Shown: in pieces, positions 48,959 to 58,534 of the stretch
Layout of the letters: each line of letters opens with the position of its first letter
Numbering within the stretch: the stretch's first letter is position 1
UHGV virus genome: UHGV-0312702
Length of the DNA: 64,000 nucleotides
Reading direction: 5' to 3' (one strand)
Origin: a virus
Program-made: the position numbers and the translations under genes
Notes under the pieces: model-generated
What the model was told of the DNA's origin: nothing
Database searches by the model: none
The model's input: only the letters and a program-made list of their open reading frames with translations

Positions 48959-50740
48959 TTAAAGCTGCTTGTCAATATTATTTCGAATATCACCAAGAGA
49001 TGTGTAACCATACTGCTCAGAATCACTAAAGACTAAGCGTAGAGCACAAGCTGGATGTTCAAGTGCATCTGCAAAGCTTTGGAATCCATAGCCATCTACA
49101 GCTTTCAGTTTATCACCATCCCACATAGGTGCTACACCACCAAAAGCAGACTTCTTAACACCACTATCTGTTTTAGGGTCTTTTGCAAGCATAATCTCTT
49201 TACCACCAATGCTTGCAAGAGTTGCTTTAACAGCAAATGCAAAGGTGTCACGAGTCATGTACTGGTAAGTGTAAGAGCCTACGCCAAACACTACGTTAGA
49301 GCTTGCAAAACCCATTTCATACAGACGCTTCAGGATTTCGTTTGCACGTTCCAGTGTGATAGAGTCACCATAGATAAGGCCAATATGTTCATCCAGTACC
49401 TTAAAACCTTTGGAGTTGATAGTCCCTCCGAAGATGTTATACAGAGTCTTAATAGCTCCATCAATCTCTGCTACAGGACGTGTTACAACGTTTGCAGAAC
49501 CAACCATATAAGCATTTTTCAACATCACTGTATCGGCAACTTCAAAGTCTTCTCGGTCAACAACCATTTCGTAGCCTTCTGACAGTAGCCATCCAGCAAT
49601 ACCATAGCTGATGTTTTCAAGCTTCATATTCAGAACAGCATTTAACATTGTGTCGCTGGCTTCCAGCTTACTAAGGTGCTCATAATAAGCCTTTTTAGCG
49701 CACTCTAAGTGGATTGCTTTATAACCTGTGACAATATGTACAGGGTCTCCAGAGTCAGGACGAATTACCAGTTTACCGTCACGTTCCATAATCTCTTTGC
49801 GAAGTGCTGGTAAGATTTCTGACACAGTTCTCCAGAAGTTATAAGTATCTGAAACAACACTTGCAATACCAGTCGGGTAAGTCTCTGTTAAGAAACGACG
49901 GAAGGTCTGCAACTCACCTTTAAAGCGTCTTTCCTCTTCAATCAATTCATTACCACCTTCCCAAGCAATGTTTGCACACATTACAGAGTGTTCAGTGGCT
50001 GGTACAGAACCACCAATATCAGAGATTGGGTAAGACTGTCCGTAGATGCGTTTAGCTGTATATACAGCAGGGAAGCTATCAGTTCCTTTAAAGCTGGTCA
50101 AGTGGCCTACAGCATTAAATGCGTCATCAGTAAAGCCTGACATACCACGCATAGCAAAGTCATGGCACTGATAAGGTAAATGCAAGTCATTGTCACAAGT
50201 AAGGTCAGCCCACTTCTTACAGATACGTTTGTAGTGCAATGCAATAGTTGCAATGGTACAAGCCTTCCAAATTTCAGCAGAGAAAGAATCTTCCAGATAC
50301 CCCGCTACCCAATGGAAGCCTGAAACAGTATTCTGGAAGACAATCATTGGGACACGCATAGGGACAACTGTGCCTTCTTCTACAGCGTATACTTCAACTG
50401 GCAGATAACCTAAGTCGTGAAGTGCTTCCCAATGTTCTCGACCAATAGCATCTTTACCCAGAACACCGTTCATGACTTCTAAGATTTCGTCAATTGCTTC
50501 TTTTTTGTCACGCTCAAAGAAAGTGGCGTTCCAATGGTCTACCAAGTAATCTTTAACAAAGCGTTGAATACCAAAAGCTACTACACCGTCAATTGCTAAG
50601 GGGCTGTTAAACCATTTGTCACTACGTGGTGTCAGGTTGAACATCAAGTACTCTGTTGCGCTAGGATACTGGTAAACATGACCAGATTTGTAAGCATCTG
50701 CATTCAAACCTGCTGGTACTGCATAAAGTGATTTAGTCAT
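48959..50740 (-). CDS. nadV: nicotinamide phosphoribosyltransferase-family protein (Nampt/NadV-like, or the Nampt-homologous Namat), 593 aa
   Basis: Length and overall similarity to Nampt-family proteins from memory; paired with a Prs-like gene immediately upstream. Confidence 0.7.
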   Translation of the reverse strand: MTKSLYAVPAGLNADAYKSGHVYQYPSATEYLMFNLTPRSDKWFNSPLAIDGVVAFGIQRFVKDYLVDHWNATFFERDKKEAIDEILEVMNGVLGKDAIGREHWEALHDLGYLPVEVYAVEEGTVVPMRVPMIVFQNTVSGFHWVAGYLEDSFSAEIWKACTIATIALHYKRICKKWADLTCDNDLHLPYQCHDFAMRGMSGFTDDAFNAVGHLTSFKGTDSFPAVYTAKRIYGQSYPISDIGGSVPATEHSVMCANIAWEGGNELIEEERRFKGELQTFRRFLTETYPTGIASVVSDTYNFWRTVSEILPALRKEIMERDGKLVIRPDSGDPVHIVTGYKAIHLECAKKAYYEHLSKLEASDTMLNAVLNMKLENISYGIAGWLLSEGYEMVVDREDFEVADTVMLKNAYMVGSANVVTRPVAEIDGAIKTLYNIFGGTINSKGFKVLDEHIGLIYGDSITLERANEILKRLYEMGFASSNVVFGVGSYTYQYMTRDTFAFAVKATLASIGGKEIMLAKDPKTDSGVKKSAFGGVAPMWDGDKLKAVDGYGFQSFADALEHPACALRLVFSDSEQYGYTSLGDIRNNIDKQL

Positions 50741-50785
50741 CTTTTAGTCTCTCTCAAAATGGGGCTTATAAGCCCCTATAAACTT

Positions 50786-51682
50786 TCAATCAATGGTTGC
50801 TACAGTCACTTGGCTATAATGTGTTAAGCCACGGTCCTTAGCTTCACCTAAAGTGTTTGTAGTGTAGATATGGTCTATTCCATTGTCAAGCAAGTTTTCA
50901 ACACCTTTAGAGAAAATTCCATGAGTTACATAGAGTTCCACACGTTTTGCACCCGCTTCACGAAGATGTTTAGCTGCTTCTATGAAGGTTCTACCGCCAT
51001 CACAAATATCATCAAGAATCATGACAGTTTTATCTGTCAAATCAACATCATCAAGGATTCTCATACCAGTAATCTCACCAGTCTTAAGGTTACGTACCTT
51101 AGACATTGTGATATATGGTTTATCTACTTCTTTAGCGGTATCTTCAGTCTTCTTAGCTGCACCTGCATCTGGGGCTACCAAGAAATCAATACGTGGGTCA
51201 CTTGCAAAGTGTGCTGCCACATCTTTTTGCTTCATACTCTGGAAGCACTTAAATAAGTTTTCCGCAACATTGCTGTGAGGGTCAAGAGCGCATACTGCAT
51301 CAAAGCCCATTGCATTAACGAGGTTGGCAAAAACTTTCAGTGCTGCCGAATCACCTTTGAACATGTGACGGTCATATCGAGCGTTTGGTAGGTATCCGAA
51401 AACAACGGTTTTCATCGCTGATTTATGGGGAACAAGACTGTCAACAACATCCTTAGCAAGAGCTAATGCAAATAGTGTATCTTTGTCATATCCCTGCACA
51501 GTGAGTATAACATTATCAATCTTACCAGCATTACGCTCAGTAAACTTAACAAAATCTTCAGAGAAGTTTCCACCAATTTCTCCAGATGGGAATTGGATAA
51601 TGTTAAATTTTTCTGCGTGGAAGAATTTCTCTTGTGCGGTGACAACGGCTTCAATAACAGTTTTCATAGTTTTCTCTCTCAA
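50786..51682 (-). CDS. prs: ribose-phosphate pyrophosphokinase-family protein (Prs-like, or the Prs-homologous Adps), 298 aa
   Basis: PRPP-binding motif VMILDDICDGGRTF ... AGAKRVELYVTHGIFS and ALDPHS motif, as in PRPP synthetases. Confidence 0.75.
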   Translation of the reverse strand: MREKTMKTVIEAVVTAQEKFFHAEKFNIIQFPSGEIGGNFSEDFVKFTERNAGKIDNVILTVQGYDKDTLFALALAKDVVDSLVPHKSAMKTVVFGYLPNARYDRHMFKGDSAALKVFANLVNAMGFDAVCALDPHSNVAENLFKCFQSMKQKDVAAHFASDPRIDFLVAPDAGAAKKTEDTAKEVDKPYITMSKVRNLKTGEITGMRILDDVDLTDKTVMILDDICDGGRTFIEAAKHLREAGAKRVELYVTHGIFSKGVENLLDNGIDHIYTTNTLGEAKDRGLTHYSQVTVATID

Positions 51683-51957
51683 TCAAAAGTTACGTTTGTT
51701 ACTGCCATTGTAGATTTGCATTTTGCAGGGTCTACAATGTGATAAAGTACACTACAGTTGCCTGTGCTGTCTGGTACAGGCTTTACCCATTGTTGCTTGA
51801 CAGTTGGTTCTCCTAAGTCTTTGTAAGAACCATCTGTAAAATTGTTTATCATCTCAAGTGCAATTGGTTCTGGAACATGACCTCGTATCATGTACATCTC
51901 ACAACCATTACCACCTTCGCTAACTAATGGTAAAATCTCCCACTTTTCTTTAGCCAT
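51679..51957 (-). CDS. hypothetical protein, 92 aa
   Basis: ORF. Confidence 0.4.
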   Translation of the reverse strand: MAKEKWEILPLVSEGGNGCEMYMIRGHVPEPIALEMINNFTDGSYKDLGEPTVKQQWVKPVPDSTGNCSVLYHIVDPAKCKSTMAVTNVTFD

Positions 51958-52465
51958 TATAAGTTGCCCTATAAACTGTCTCGAACTTCAACAGGAGAGA
52001 TATTGCCAAATCTGTATAGTTGTTGTCAAGCACATCTGGCATATTATTTTTGATATATTTCTCTTGCTCTTCATAGGTCATCTTAGGGGTGCTTAGAAGG
52101 CTATCTCCTTGCTTCTGGTTATCAGCTTTAGTTTGTATAAACCAGTTTGCACAGTGATGTTCACCACCCTTTGTAACAGGTTTGTGGTGACCTAATGTGA
52201 AGGCTTGGTTACCTGTGTATCTGCAAAGTTTATTGAGTACTGTGATGGTGTTCTTCACAACAAAACATTCATACAGGTTATCTATAGTATAGTGTGGGTA
52301 ATATCGAAATAATGCTCTTTCACGAGTGCTCTCACGATTCCAGAGAATCATGTGATTGGAGTTGGAAGGGTCGTATTGGTGGGAGTCAATGAACTCTTGA
52401 CGTTCCTCAAAGCTTAGTCTTAGAACTGACATTGCAGCCGAACGTTTCAGGTTTGACAGATACAT
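51950..52465 (-). CDS. HNH-like endonuclease, 171 aa
   Basis: Motif LGHHKPVTKGGEHHCANW resembles an HNH core. Confidence 0.4.
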   Translation of the reverse strand: MYLSNLKRSAAMSVLRLSFEERQEFIDSHQYDPSNSNHMILWNRESTRERALFRYYPHYTIDNLYECFVVKNTITVLNKLCRYTGNQAFTLGHHKPVTKGGEHHCANWFIQTKADNQKQGDSLLSTPKMTYEEQEKYIKNNMPDVLDNNYTDLAISLLLKFETVYRATYNG

Positions 52466-52516
52466 TTTATCTCCAAAATAAAAAGGGAACCTTTACAGTC
52501 CCCTTATAGTATCTGT

Positions 52517-52837
52517 TTACTGAGCTACTTTCAAGATGCTTGTGAATGAAATCTCACTCTCATCCATAAATTCTTTTGCTTCTCCAGTAACTTTTACAAA
52601 GTTATCTAGGCAGATAATTTTCTTATCTTTCTTGCTGTAGGTTAGCTTAACCTTTTCAATATCTTTCTTAGAACTTTTCTCTTCATTAAAGAGTTTTACA
52701 GCTTCTTTGAATGGTAGGTATGAACCATCATCGTCGCTAATAAAACCTGTGCCGCAATAGTAGAAGTTATATTCTTTAGCCATAAACTGGCACAGTACGA
52801 AAATCTGTAATTTGCGAGTGTTATAAACTTTGCTCAT
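52517..52837 (-). CDS. hypothetical protein, 106 aa
   Basis: ORF. Confidence 0.4.
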   Translation of the reverse strand: MSKVYNTRKLQIFVLCQFMAKEYNFYYCGTGFISDDDGSYLPFKEAVKLFNEEKSSKKDIEKVKLTYSKKDKKIICLDNFVKVTGEAKEFMDESEISFTSILKVAQ

Positions 52838-52839
52838 GA

Positions 52840-53097
52840 TTATTTAGCCTTCTTATTACGTTTACGGTTACGAGCTTTCTTAGCTGCTCGTTTAATAGCT
52901 GCTGCACCAGACGGACGGTGGGCTTGTTTCTTACCACCTTTACCACGGCCTACATAGATACTTTTCATAATCTCATTAGCCAGCTTCTCATCCATCTTGA
53001 AGTTCTGCATAAGGTGAGTCACATCAACACCAGTGAGCATACCTAATGAAGCTAGTGCTGCTTTTACTTTTGATTTAAAACTATTCCAGAGTCCCAT
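52840..53097 (-). CDS. hypothetical protein with highly basic C-terminus, 85 aa
   Basis: ORF; C-terminal AAKKARNRKRNKKAK. Confidence 0.4.
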   Translation of the reverse strand: MGLWNSFKSKVKAALASLGMLTGVDVTHLMQNFKMDEKLANEIMKSIYVGRGKGGKKQAHRPSGAAAIKRAAKKARNRKRNKKAK

Positions 53098-53220
53098 TTC
53101 ATATCTCTCTCAATCTTTTCACAAAATGTTTTAAGTTCTTTTCAGTGACACAAACAGTTAAGTTTGTTCTGTAGAACATTGTAAAGTGCCCTTTACCGAT
53201 AACCTACTTTACGACGAGAC

Positions 53221-53706
53221 TTACTCGGCTCTCCACTGACAATCACCTTGCCATCCATACTCTTTTCTCCAGAGGTTTTGGTTATCAGAACCACGATACG
53301 GTTTAACTGTTGGTTTAGATGAATCATACTTACCATCAATTACCACGTCAACATATTTCATCACATCTAAGTGAATCTTTTCGTGTAGTTGAAAACCTGT
53401 CCAGAGCCATATAGTCTTCTCTGGGTAAACAGTTTTAACACGTTTGCATATGTCTGTAACCTCTTGAATATTTCTATCATCCAGAGGTTCTCCACCAAGT
53501 ATTGACAACCCACTAACGGCATTATCACCCATTAATTGGATGATGCCATAAAGGTTTGCATAAGTAAACTCTTTACCAGCATTAAACTTCCAAGATTCCC
53601 TGTTAAAGCAGCCTTCACAGTGGTGCTTACAACCAGCTACAAAGAGGCTTACACGAACCCCTTCACCATTAGCTGTGTCAAATGGTCGAATCTCCATGTA
53701 ATTCAT
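53221..53706 (-). CDS. nrdG: anaerobic ribonucleotide reductase activating protein (radical SAM), 161 aa
   Basis: CxxxCxxC cluster (CKHHCEGC) near N-terminus; located next to nrdD. Confidence 0.75.
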   Translation of the reverse strand: MNYMEIRPFDTANGEGVRVSLFVAGCKHHCEGCFNRESWKFNAGKEFTYANLYGIIQLMGDNAVSGLSILGGEPLDDRNIQEVTDICKRVKTVYPEKTIWLWTGFQLHEKIHLDVMKYVDVVIDGKYDSSKPTVKPYRGSDNQNLWRKEYGWQGDCQWRAE

Positions 53707-53741
53707 CTAGTTACCTCACCAATATTATTTAATTGTTTTAC

Positions 53742-54137
53742 TCATTCAAACACCACCTGACAAGGAACATGTTTAGTAATAAACTCTTCACAATGCTCTT
53801 TAATGAAGTTTTGTAATGGCACACAGTCTTGTGCACAAGTCATTAGCATAATGTACTCTGGATTCATAATATTTTCAAGACTGTAGAAGACAACATCGTC
53901 AGATAGCTCGTGACCATCTTCTTCAGACCAAGTTCCAGTGACTACAGCTAATTTGTCAAGCAATTCATTAGGCAATGCTACACCGTCTTCTACGGAATCA
54001 CTTAGAACATTGTCGCTGATGTACAATGTGAAGGTCGTATGGAATGTTGAATATCTTACGTGATTCTTTTCGCAAGAGCCACACTCTGAGGCGTAATCTT
54101 TAATCCACTCTAGCTGTTTTTTGTTTAGCTTAATCAT
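53742..54137 (-). CDS. hypothetical protein, 131 aa
   Basis: ORF. Confidence 0.4.
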   Translation of the reverse strand: MIKLNKKQLEWIKDYASECGSCEKNHVRYSTFHTTFTLYISDNVLSDSVEDGVALPNELLDKLAVVTGTWSEEDGHELSDDVVFYSLENIMNPEYIMLMTCAQDCVPLQNFIKEHCEEFITKHVPCQVVFE

Positions 54138-54334
54138 AATTTCACCTTAGTTGGTAATGCACTGAATGCTATAGCTAACCCTAAGAATGGTTTGAAGCAT
54201 GACCATAAATCCATCTGACCATGATATGAGAAACCCCATTGTGGGTCTGAAAAACCCCACACCATAACACTAACACCAAAGAAGAAGATTAGAATATGGA
54301 GTATGTATATCATCGTTTTTGATATCTTAAACAT
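54134..54334 (-). CDS. hypothetical small membrane protein, 66 aa
   Basis: ORF, hydrophobic. Confidence 0.35.
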   Translation of the reverse strand: MFKISKTMIYILHILIFFFGVSVMVWGFSDPQWGFSYHGQMDLWSCFKPFLGLAIAFSALPTKVKL

Positions 54335-54488
54335 TTTAACTTATCTCTCAATTCACAATAAGAAAGTCCTAAAAAGAACCCTAGCAAGACAGAACCTATG
54401 AACAACCCAATAATACTCTCTGCCATATCTAACATCCAATAAAAAAGGTGATGTAAGCCTATCAAGACCCACATCACCTTGTCAAGTT

Positions 54489-56633
54489 TTACATGGAGAC
54501 TCTATCACGAATCTCAGCAATTTTTGCATCGTTCATTCGGGATTCACCTTTAATCTTAGTCCACCCAAGATAACCGCACACCCTGTTAATCACAGAGATA
54601 TCGTGTGAATGGCAAACCTCACATTCTTCAACGTCAGCCTTTGGTCTGTTACCACAATGCTCACAGATTGCTAAGTCAAAGTTAAGTCCCTGATAAAAAC
54701 CTTTCAACATCCCTCTTGTAATACAACTTTTAAGTGCTATTAAGTTTTCTGGGTTAGCTACCCTGACATACTGGATTCTCCCACCTCTACAGATATGGAA
54801 GAATGGCTCTTCTAAGTCCTGCTTCTCAAATGGTGAGATGTCTGCTGCGACATTCATATGGAAACTGTTTGTAAAGTATTCCTTATCAGAAACACCTTTG
54901 ATAACACCAAACATATCCCTGAACTGTTTTAGCTGAGTTCCACAAAGTGATTCTGCTGGAGTGCCATATACGGCATATAAGAAGCCATCTTCATCTTTAA
55001 ACTCTTCAGTTTTCATGTTGATGTATGCCAGAACATCATATGCAAAACTGTAGCTTCCAACTTCATGAAGTCGTTTACCTTCAGCAAGAACAGACAACTC
55101 ATCAAGCGCAGTAACCCCAAAAGAAGCTGTGAAAGATTTCACGATATCCCAGCCAACCTTGTCAGTAGATTTCTTAGTCCCTTTGTACAGACCACCTTGT
55201 GTGAATGCAAGAGGGTTAGAACTTGCTGGCATATTAGCAATCATTTCGTAGCGTTTCTTGTGGAAGCTACGAATCATCTCTAGGTACTTATCAAGCTCTT
55301 TCCAGAAATCTAAACCATTCTCTTTAGAGTACTGGTAAATCATTGGCAAGTTCAAAGATACAGCACCAATGTTAGCACGACCAACGTAAAACTCTTCCCC
55401 ATCCTCATTAAGATATGGTGATAAGAAGGCTCTGCAACCCATCGGTGAAATTACCTTACCAGAACGCTCAAAAGCCTCTGCTACAGCACCATGACCAGAC
55501 ACACTTAAGAAGTCTGGGTACATTGCTTTAGAGCAACATTCAATAGCTTTACTGTACAGTTGGCCTTGACAGATATTTTCATCATGTCTCTTCTGGTCAT
55601 AAATATAAACCAGTTTAGGGAATACAACAGGTTTTTTGCTCTTACCTTGTCCATTCATACGAACATCTAGGAGAGTACTTGCAATCATGTATTGTAGTCG
55701 ATTATCTTCATTAGACATATCTGAGTCAAGTAACCCAAATGTTAAAGTTGTAAATGCAAAATCACCACGGCTGCAAGGTACAGTGTTTAGTTTCATCTCA
55801 AGTGACTGAAAACCTTGAGTCAGTTCAATCTGTAGCTGCTCCATTACATAATTATAATAATGCTCTTTAGGAATACCATAAGATGATGCTTTCTCAGCAT
55901 GATAGCGTAGAGACTTCTTAGCATATGGTACAAGTACCTTATCAATCTCTGCTAAAGTAAAACCACCAAATTGCTGTGCAGTTGCTGAAAGTACTACGTC
56001 ACCAATAACCTGTAAGGCTGACAGTACAGATTTAGGTTCACAGTACTCAATGCCGGACATTTCAAAGCCACCTTTCAGTACTTTACCAATGTCAAACAGG
56101 CAACAGTTGATACCACCAAAAATCAGGTCTCTTAAATCGTGGATATAGATAAAGCCTTTTTCAATGGCTTCAAGTTCCTCTGGTGTTAGGTGATACTGCT
56201 TAAAGATTTCTTTAGTCAGGTAACCACGGATAATTGAACCTTTCGTAGAAATTAAACTACTGTCAAAGTTAGCATTTTCACGGTCACCTAAGAAGAGTGT
56301 GTCTCTAGTCTTCTGGTAAAGCTCATCCCAATTTTGAGCAACTTCTTTACGGTAATTTCTGTATGTTGAGTAAGACTCATAAATCTCGTGATTAACTTCT
56401 GCCAAAGCACCTTCAACAATGCTGTGAATATCATTTACCGAGATAAGCAAATTATTCTGCTTAGTGGACTTTACCAGAATCCTCATAAATGCTGACTCAA
56501 GAGCTTGGGTAACATCTGGTGGAAGTTCTTTATACCCAACCCTGTTAGCTGACTTAGTTACTGCTGCTAAAACTTTTTTGATATCAGGTTCTTCAAGTGA
56601 GCCATTCTTTTTAATAATCTGTACTTTGTTCAT
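54489..56633 (-). CDS. nrdD: anaerobic (class III) ribonucleotide reductase, 714 aa
   Basis: C-terminal glycyl-radical motif RVCGYLG preceded by a Cys-rich zinc ribbon (CEHCGN ... CEVCH). Confidence 0.85.
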   Translation of the reverse strand: MNKVQIIKKNGSLEEPDIKKVLAAVTKSANRVGYKELPPDVTQALESAFMRILVKSTKQNNLLISVNDIHSIVEGALAEVNHEIYESYSTYRNYRKEVAQNWDELYQKTRDTLFLGDRENANFDSSLISTKGSIIRGYLTKEIFKQYHLTPEELEAIEKGFIYIHDLRDLIFGGINCCLFDIGKVLKGGFEMSGIEYCEPKSVLSALQVIGDVVLSATAQQFGGFTLAEIDKVLVPYAKKSLRYHAEKASSYGIPKEHYYNYVMEQLQIELTQGFQSLEMKLNTVPCSRGDFAFTTLTFGLLDSDMSNEDNRLQYMIASTLLDVRMNGQGKSKKPVVFPKLVYIYDQKRHDENICQGQLYSKAIECCSKAMYPDFLSVSGHGAVAEAFERSGKVISPMGCRAFLSPYLNEDGEEFYVGRANIGAVSLNLPMIYQYSKENGLDFWKELDKYLEMIRSFHKKRYEMIANMPASSNPLAFTQGGLYKGTKKSTDKVGWDIVKSFTASFGVTALDELSVLAEGKRLHEVGSYSFAYDVLAYINMKTEEFKDEDGFLYAVYGTPAESLCGTQLKQFRDMFGVIKGVSDKEYFTNSFHMNVAADISPFEKQDLEEPFFHICRGGRIQYVRVANPENLIALKSCITRGMLKGFYQGLNFDLAICEHCGNRPKADVEECEVCHSHDISVINRVCGYLGWTKIKGESRMNDAKIAEIRDRVSM

Positions 56634-56681
56634 TATTGCCCCTTTACATGCTAAAAAGGTCTCCGAAGAGACCCTTTCATT

Positions 56682-56888
56682 TTAAATCTTTTTAGAAAAC
56701 TTTGAAACGAGTTTTCTCAGTTTTTCAGTGATGCCTAGCTGTATCTCTAATATTTCAAATATTACCCATAGTAACATGGCTCCAAACAATGAACCTTGTT
56801 CAAAATCAGTAAATAGGTTAACAACAAGCATACCAATCACAATGGCTGGTGCATCAACAACCAAGCCTTCCCAAATGCGTTTAAGCAT
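56682..56888 (-). CDS. hypothetical small membrane protein, 68 aa
   Basis: ORF, hydrophobic. Confidence 0.35.
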   Translation of the reverse strand: MLKRIWEGLVVDAPAIVIGMLVVNLFTDFEQGSLFGAMLLWVIFEILEIQLGITEKLRKLVSKFSKKI

Positions 56889-57123
56889 TATTCACCTCTG
56901 CCATAAAATTCTGTAGCGTTCCAACAGGTTTTAGGTTTTGTCCATCAGTTTTCATGATGAATGGCATCTGGCGAACTGGCATCTGTGCAATATCCATCAG
57001 GTCTGATAGCTCATAGTCCTGTCCTAACATTCTCACAACATGGTCAATACCACGAGCTTTTGCAAAATTCTTTGCAGTCTCACACTGAGGGCATCCAGTT
57101 TTGGAGTAAATTATATAAGTCAT
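56881..57123 (-). CDS. glutaredoxin/NrdH-like redoxin, 80 aa
   Basis: CPQC active-site motif near N-terminus; sits between nrdB and nrdD. Confidence 0.65.
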   Translation of the reverse strand: MTYIIYSKTGCPQCETAKNFAKARGIDHVVRMLGQDYELSDLMDIAQMPVRQMPFIMKTDGQNLKPVGTLQNFMAEVNNA

Positions 57124-58196
57124 TAAGGAACCTCTAAAAATCCACTATTCAAATCATCTACAACAGTATTCAATAGGTACGCACCGTTCTGTTGCTCCTG
57201 ATTAGCATTCTGCTCTTTGTCAATTTCCATCTTCTTAATCATATACTTCAAAGGTGGTTCTTTAGGAGCTACAAAATCTCTGGGAATGCCAAACATATCA
57301 TACAGTGGGGCAGCATTATAGTAAACCCACTCATGAAGAAGCTTTGTATTTAAACCAACTACAGCACGTCCTTCGGAGAAGATATAATACGACCATTTTT
57401 CTTCACTTTCAACTACTTCATCTAGGATTACTTTAATCTCTGGAAGAATTTGTTGGAAAGCTTTTTGCCACTCATCATCTCTTAAAGTTTCTTTTAAAAC
57501 TTCAATATCAATTTTGGTGTGAAGGATTTCATCAAGCATAATCTTCTGGACAGCTTGAGCAATACCCTGAAATTTATCCTGAGCATCAAGTGCAAAGGTA
57601 CATGCAAAGGATGCCATGAAGGAGATACCTTCAAGTGCAGTCACTGCAAATAGACCTTTTAGAATCACTTTATGGAAGTGTAAAGGGTCTTTGTCCAGAA
57701 GTGAGTCACGGACATAACTCAGTCGGTAGTTTATACCTTCATCCAGTAATTCTTCAAGAACACGATTCACAGTTTTTAATCGGTCTTGTACAGCAACGTT
57801 CTGGTTAATCTCATCTAAGATTGTTTCAGGATTTTTAATACATTGCCTTACAATCTCCGAGTAAGTAAGAGCGTGTAGGTTTTCAATCTCAGACTGCTTC
57901 ATAATTGCAGTTGCATAAATGTCATCAGAGATAAATGGTGCAAAGGCAAATGCCAAGCTCTTAGCAACTTGGGTGTCTGCTTCCCACTGCCACTTAAGAA
58001 TCTCAAGCATTACACCTGACATTGATGCTGGCACACTCTCAAAATCAAGACGTGATTGTTCAAAAGGGAACTCATCCTCTGACCAGTCTTGCGCTTTTTG
58101 TTGTTTATATAGTTCAAAGATTTTTGGGTAGTGCTTGTTAAGTGAGTCGAATGTCTTTCTCTCACCACCTAAAAAGATTGGGTGTTGGTTAATCAT
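57123..58196 (-). CDS. nrdB: ribonucleotide reductase class I small subunit
   Basis: Iron-ligand-type ExxH motifs (ENLHALTYSE, LDEILHTK); start taken at the ATG at 58196 (MINQHPIF), which overlaps the upstream stop as ATGA, rather than the ORF-track start at 58256. Confidence 0.75.
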   Translation of the reverse strand: MINQHPIFLGGERKTFDSLNKHYPKIFELYKQQKAQDWSEDEFPFEQSRLDFESVPASMSGVMLEILKWQWEADTQVAKSLAFAFAPFISDDIYATAIMKQSEIENLHALTYSEIVRQCIKNPETILDEINQNVAVQDRLKTVNRVLEELLDEGINYRLSYVRDSLLDKDPLHFHKVILKGLFAVTALEGISFMASFACTFALDAQDKFQGIAQAVQKIMLDEILHTKIDIEVLKETLRDDEWQKAFQQILPEIKVILDEVVESEEKWSYYIFSEGRAVVGLNTKLLHEWVYYNAAPLYDMFGIPRDFVAPKEPPLKYMIKKMEIDKEQNANQEQQNGAYLLNTVVDDLNSGFLEVP

Positions 58197-58534
58197 AGCG
58201 TGATTTCTCCTTTCTTTATCATTTCTAAGGCTTGTTTTCGGTCTAGGACTTCCCAATTTTCTTTGTTAAACATGTCATAGGGTCTTGCATAGATTTTACC
58301 ATCTGCTGTAGAGATGTATGACACACCATCGACCCATGAGTCATCATTTTGTTTTATCATCATATCTGTGCTACTTACATAGTACAACGTTTTCCGAGGT
58401 TTGTAGAGCAGATAAATTGGCCACTCATGATTTGCTATTAAGTCCTTCATACTCTCTCCAAAGTTATTTTTAGAGGGTCTTTTACGACCCTCATAGTTAT
58501 TAAAACTAAACACCACAACCCTCGCAATAAGCAT
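58193..58534 (-). CDS. hypothetical protein between nrdA and nrdB, 113 aa
   Basis: ORF. Confidence 0.4.
   Translation of the reverse strand: MLIARVVVFSFNNYEGRKRPSKNNFGESMKDLIANHEWPIYLLYKPRKTLYYVSSTDMMIKQNDDSWVDGVSYISTADGKIYARPYDMFNKENWEVLDRKQALEMIKKGEITL

Noticed and set aside
49055-51713. + strand ORFs of 98-175 aa inside the Nampt-like and Prs-like genes
   Set aside because: Antisense to well-supported enzyme genes and Cys/Phe-rich from AT-biased codons; treated as shadow ORFs.
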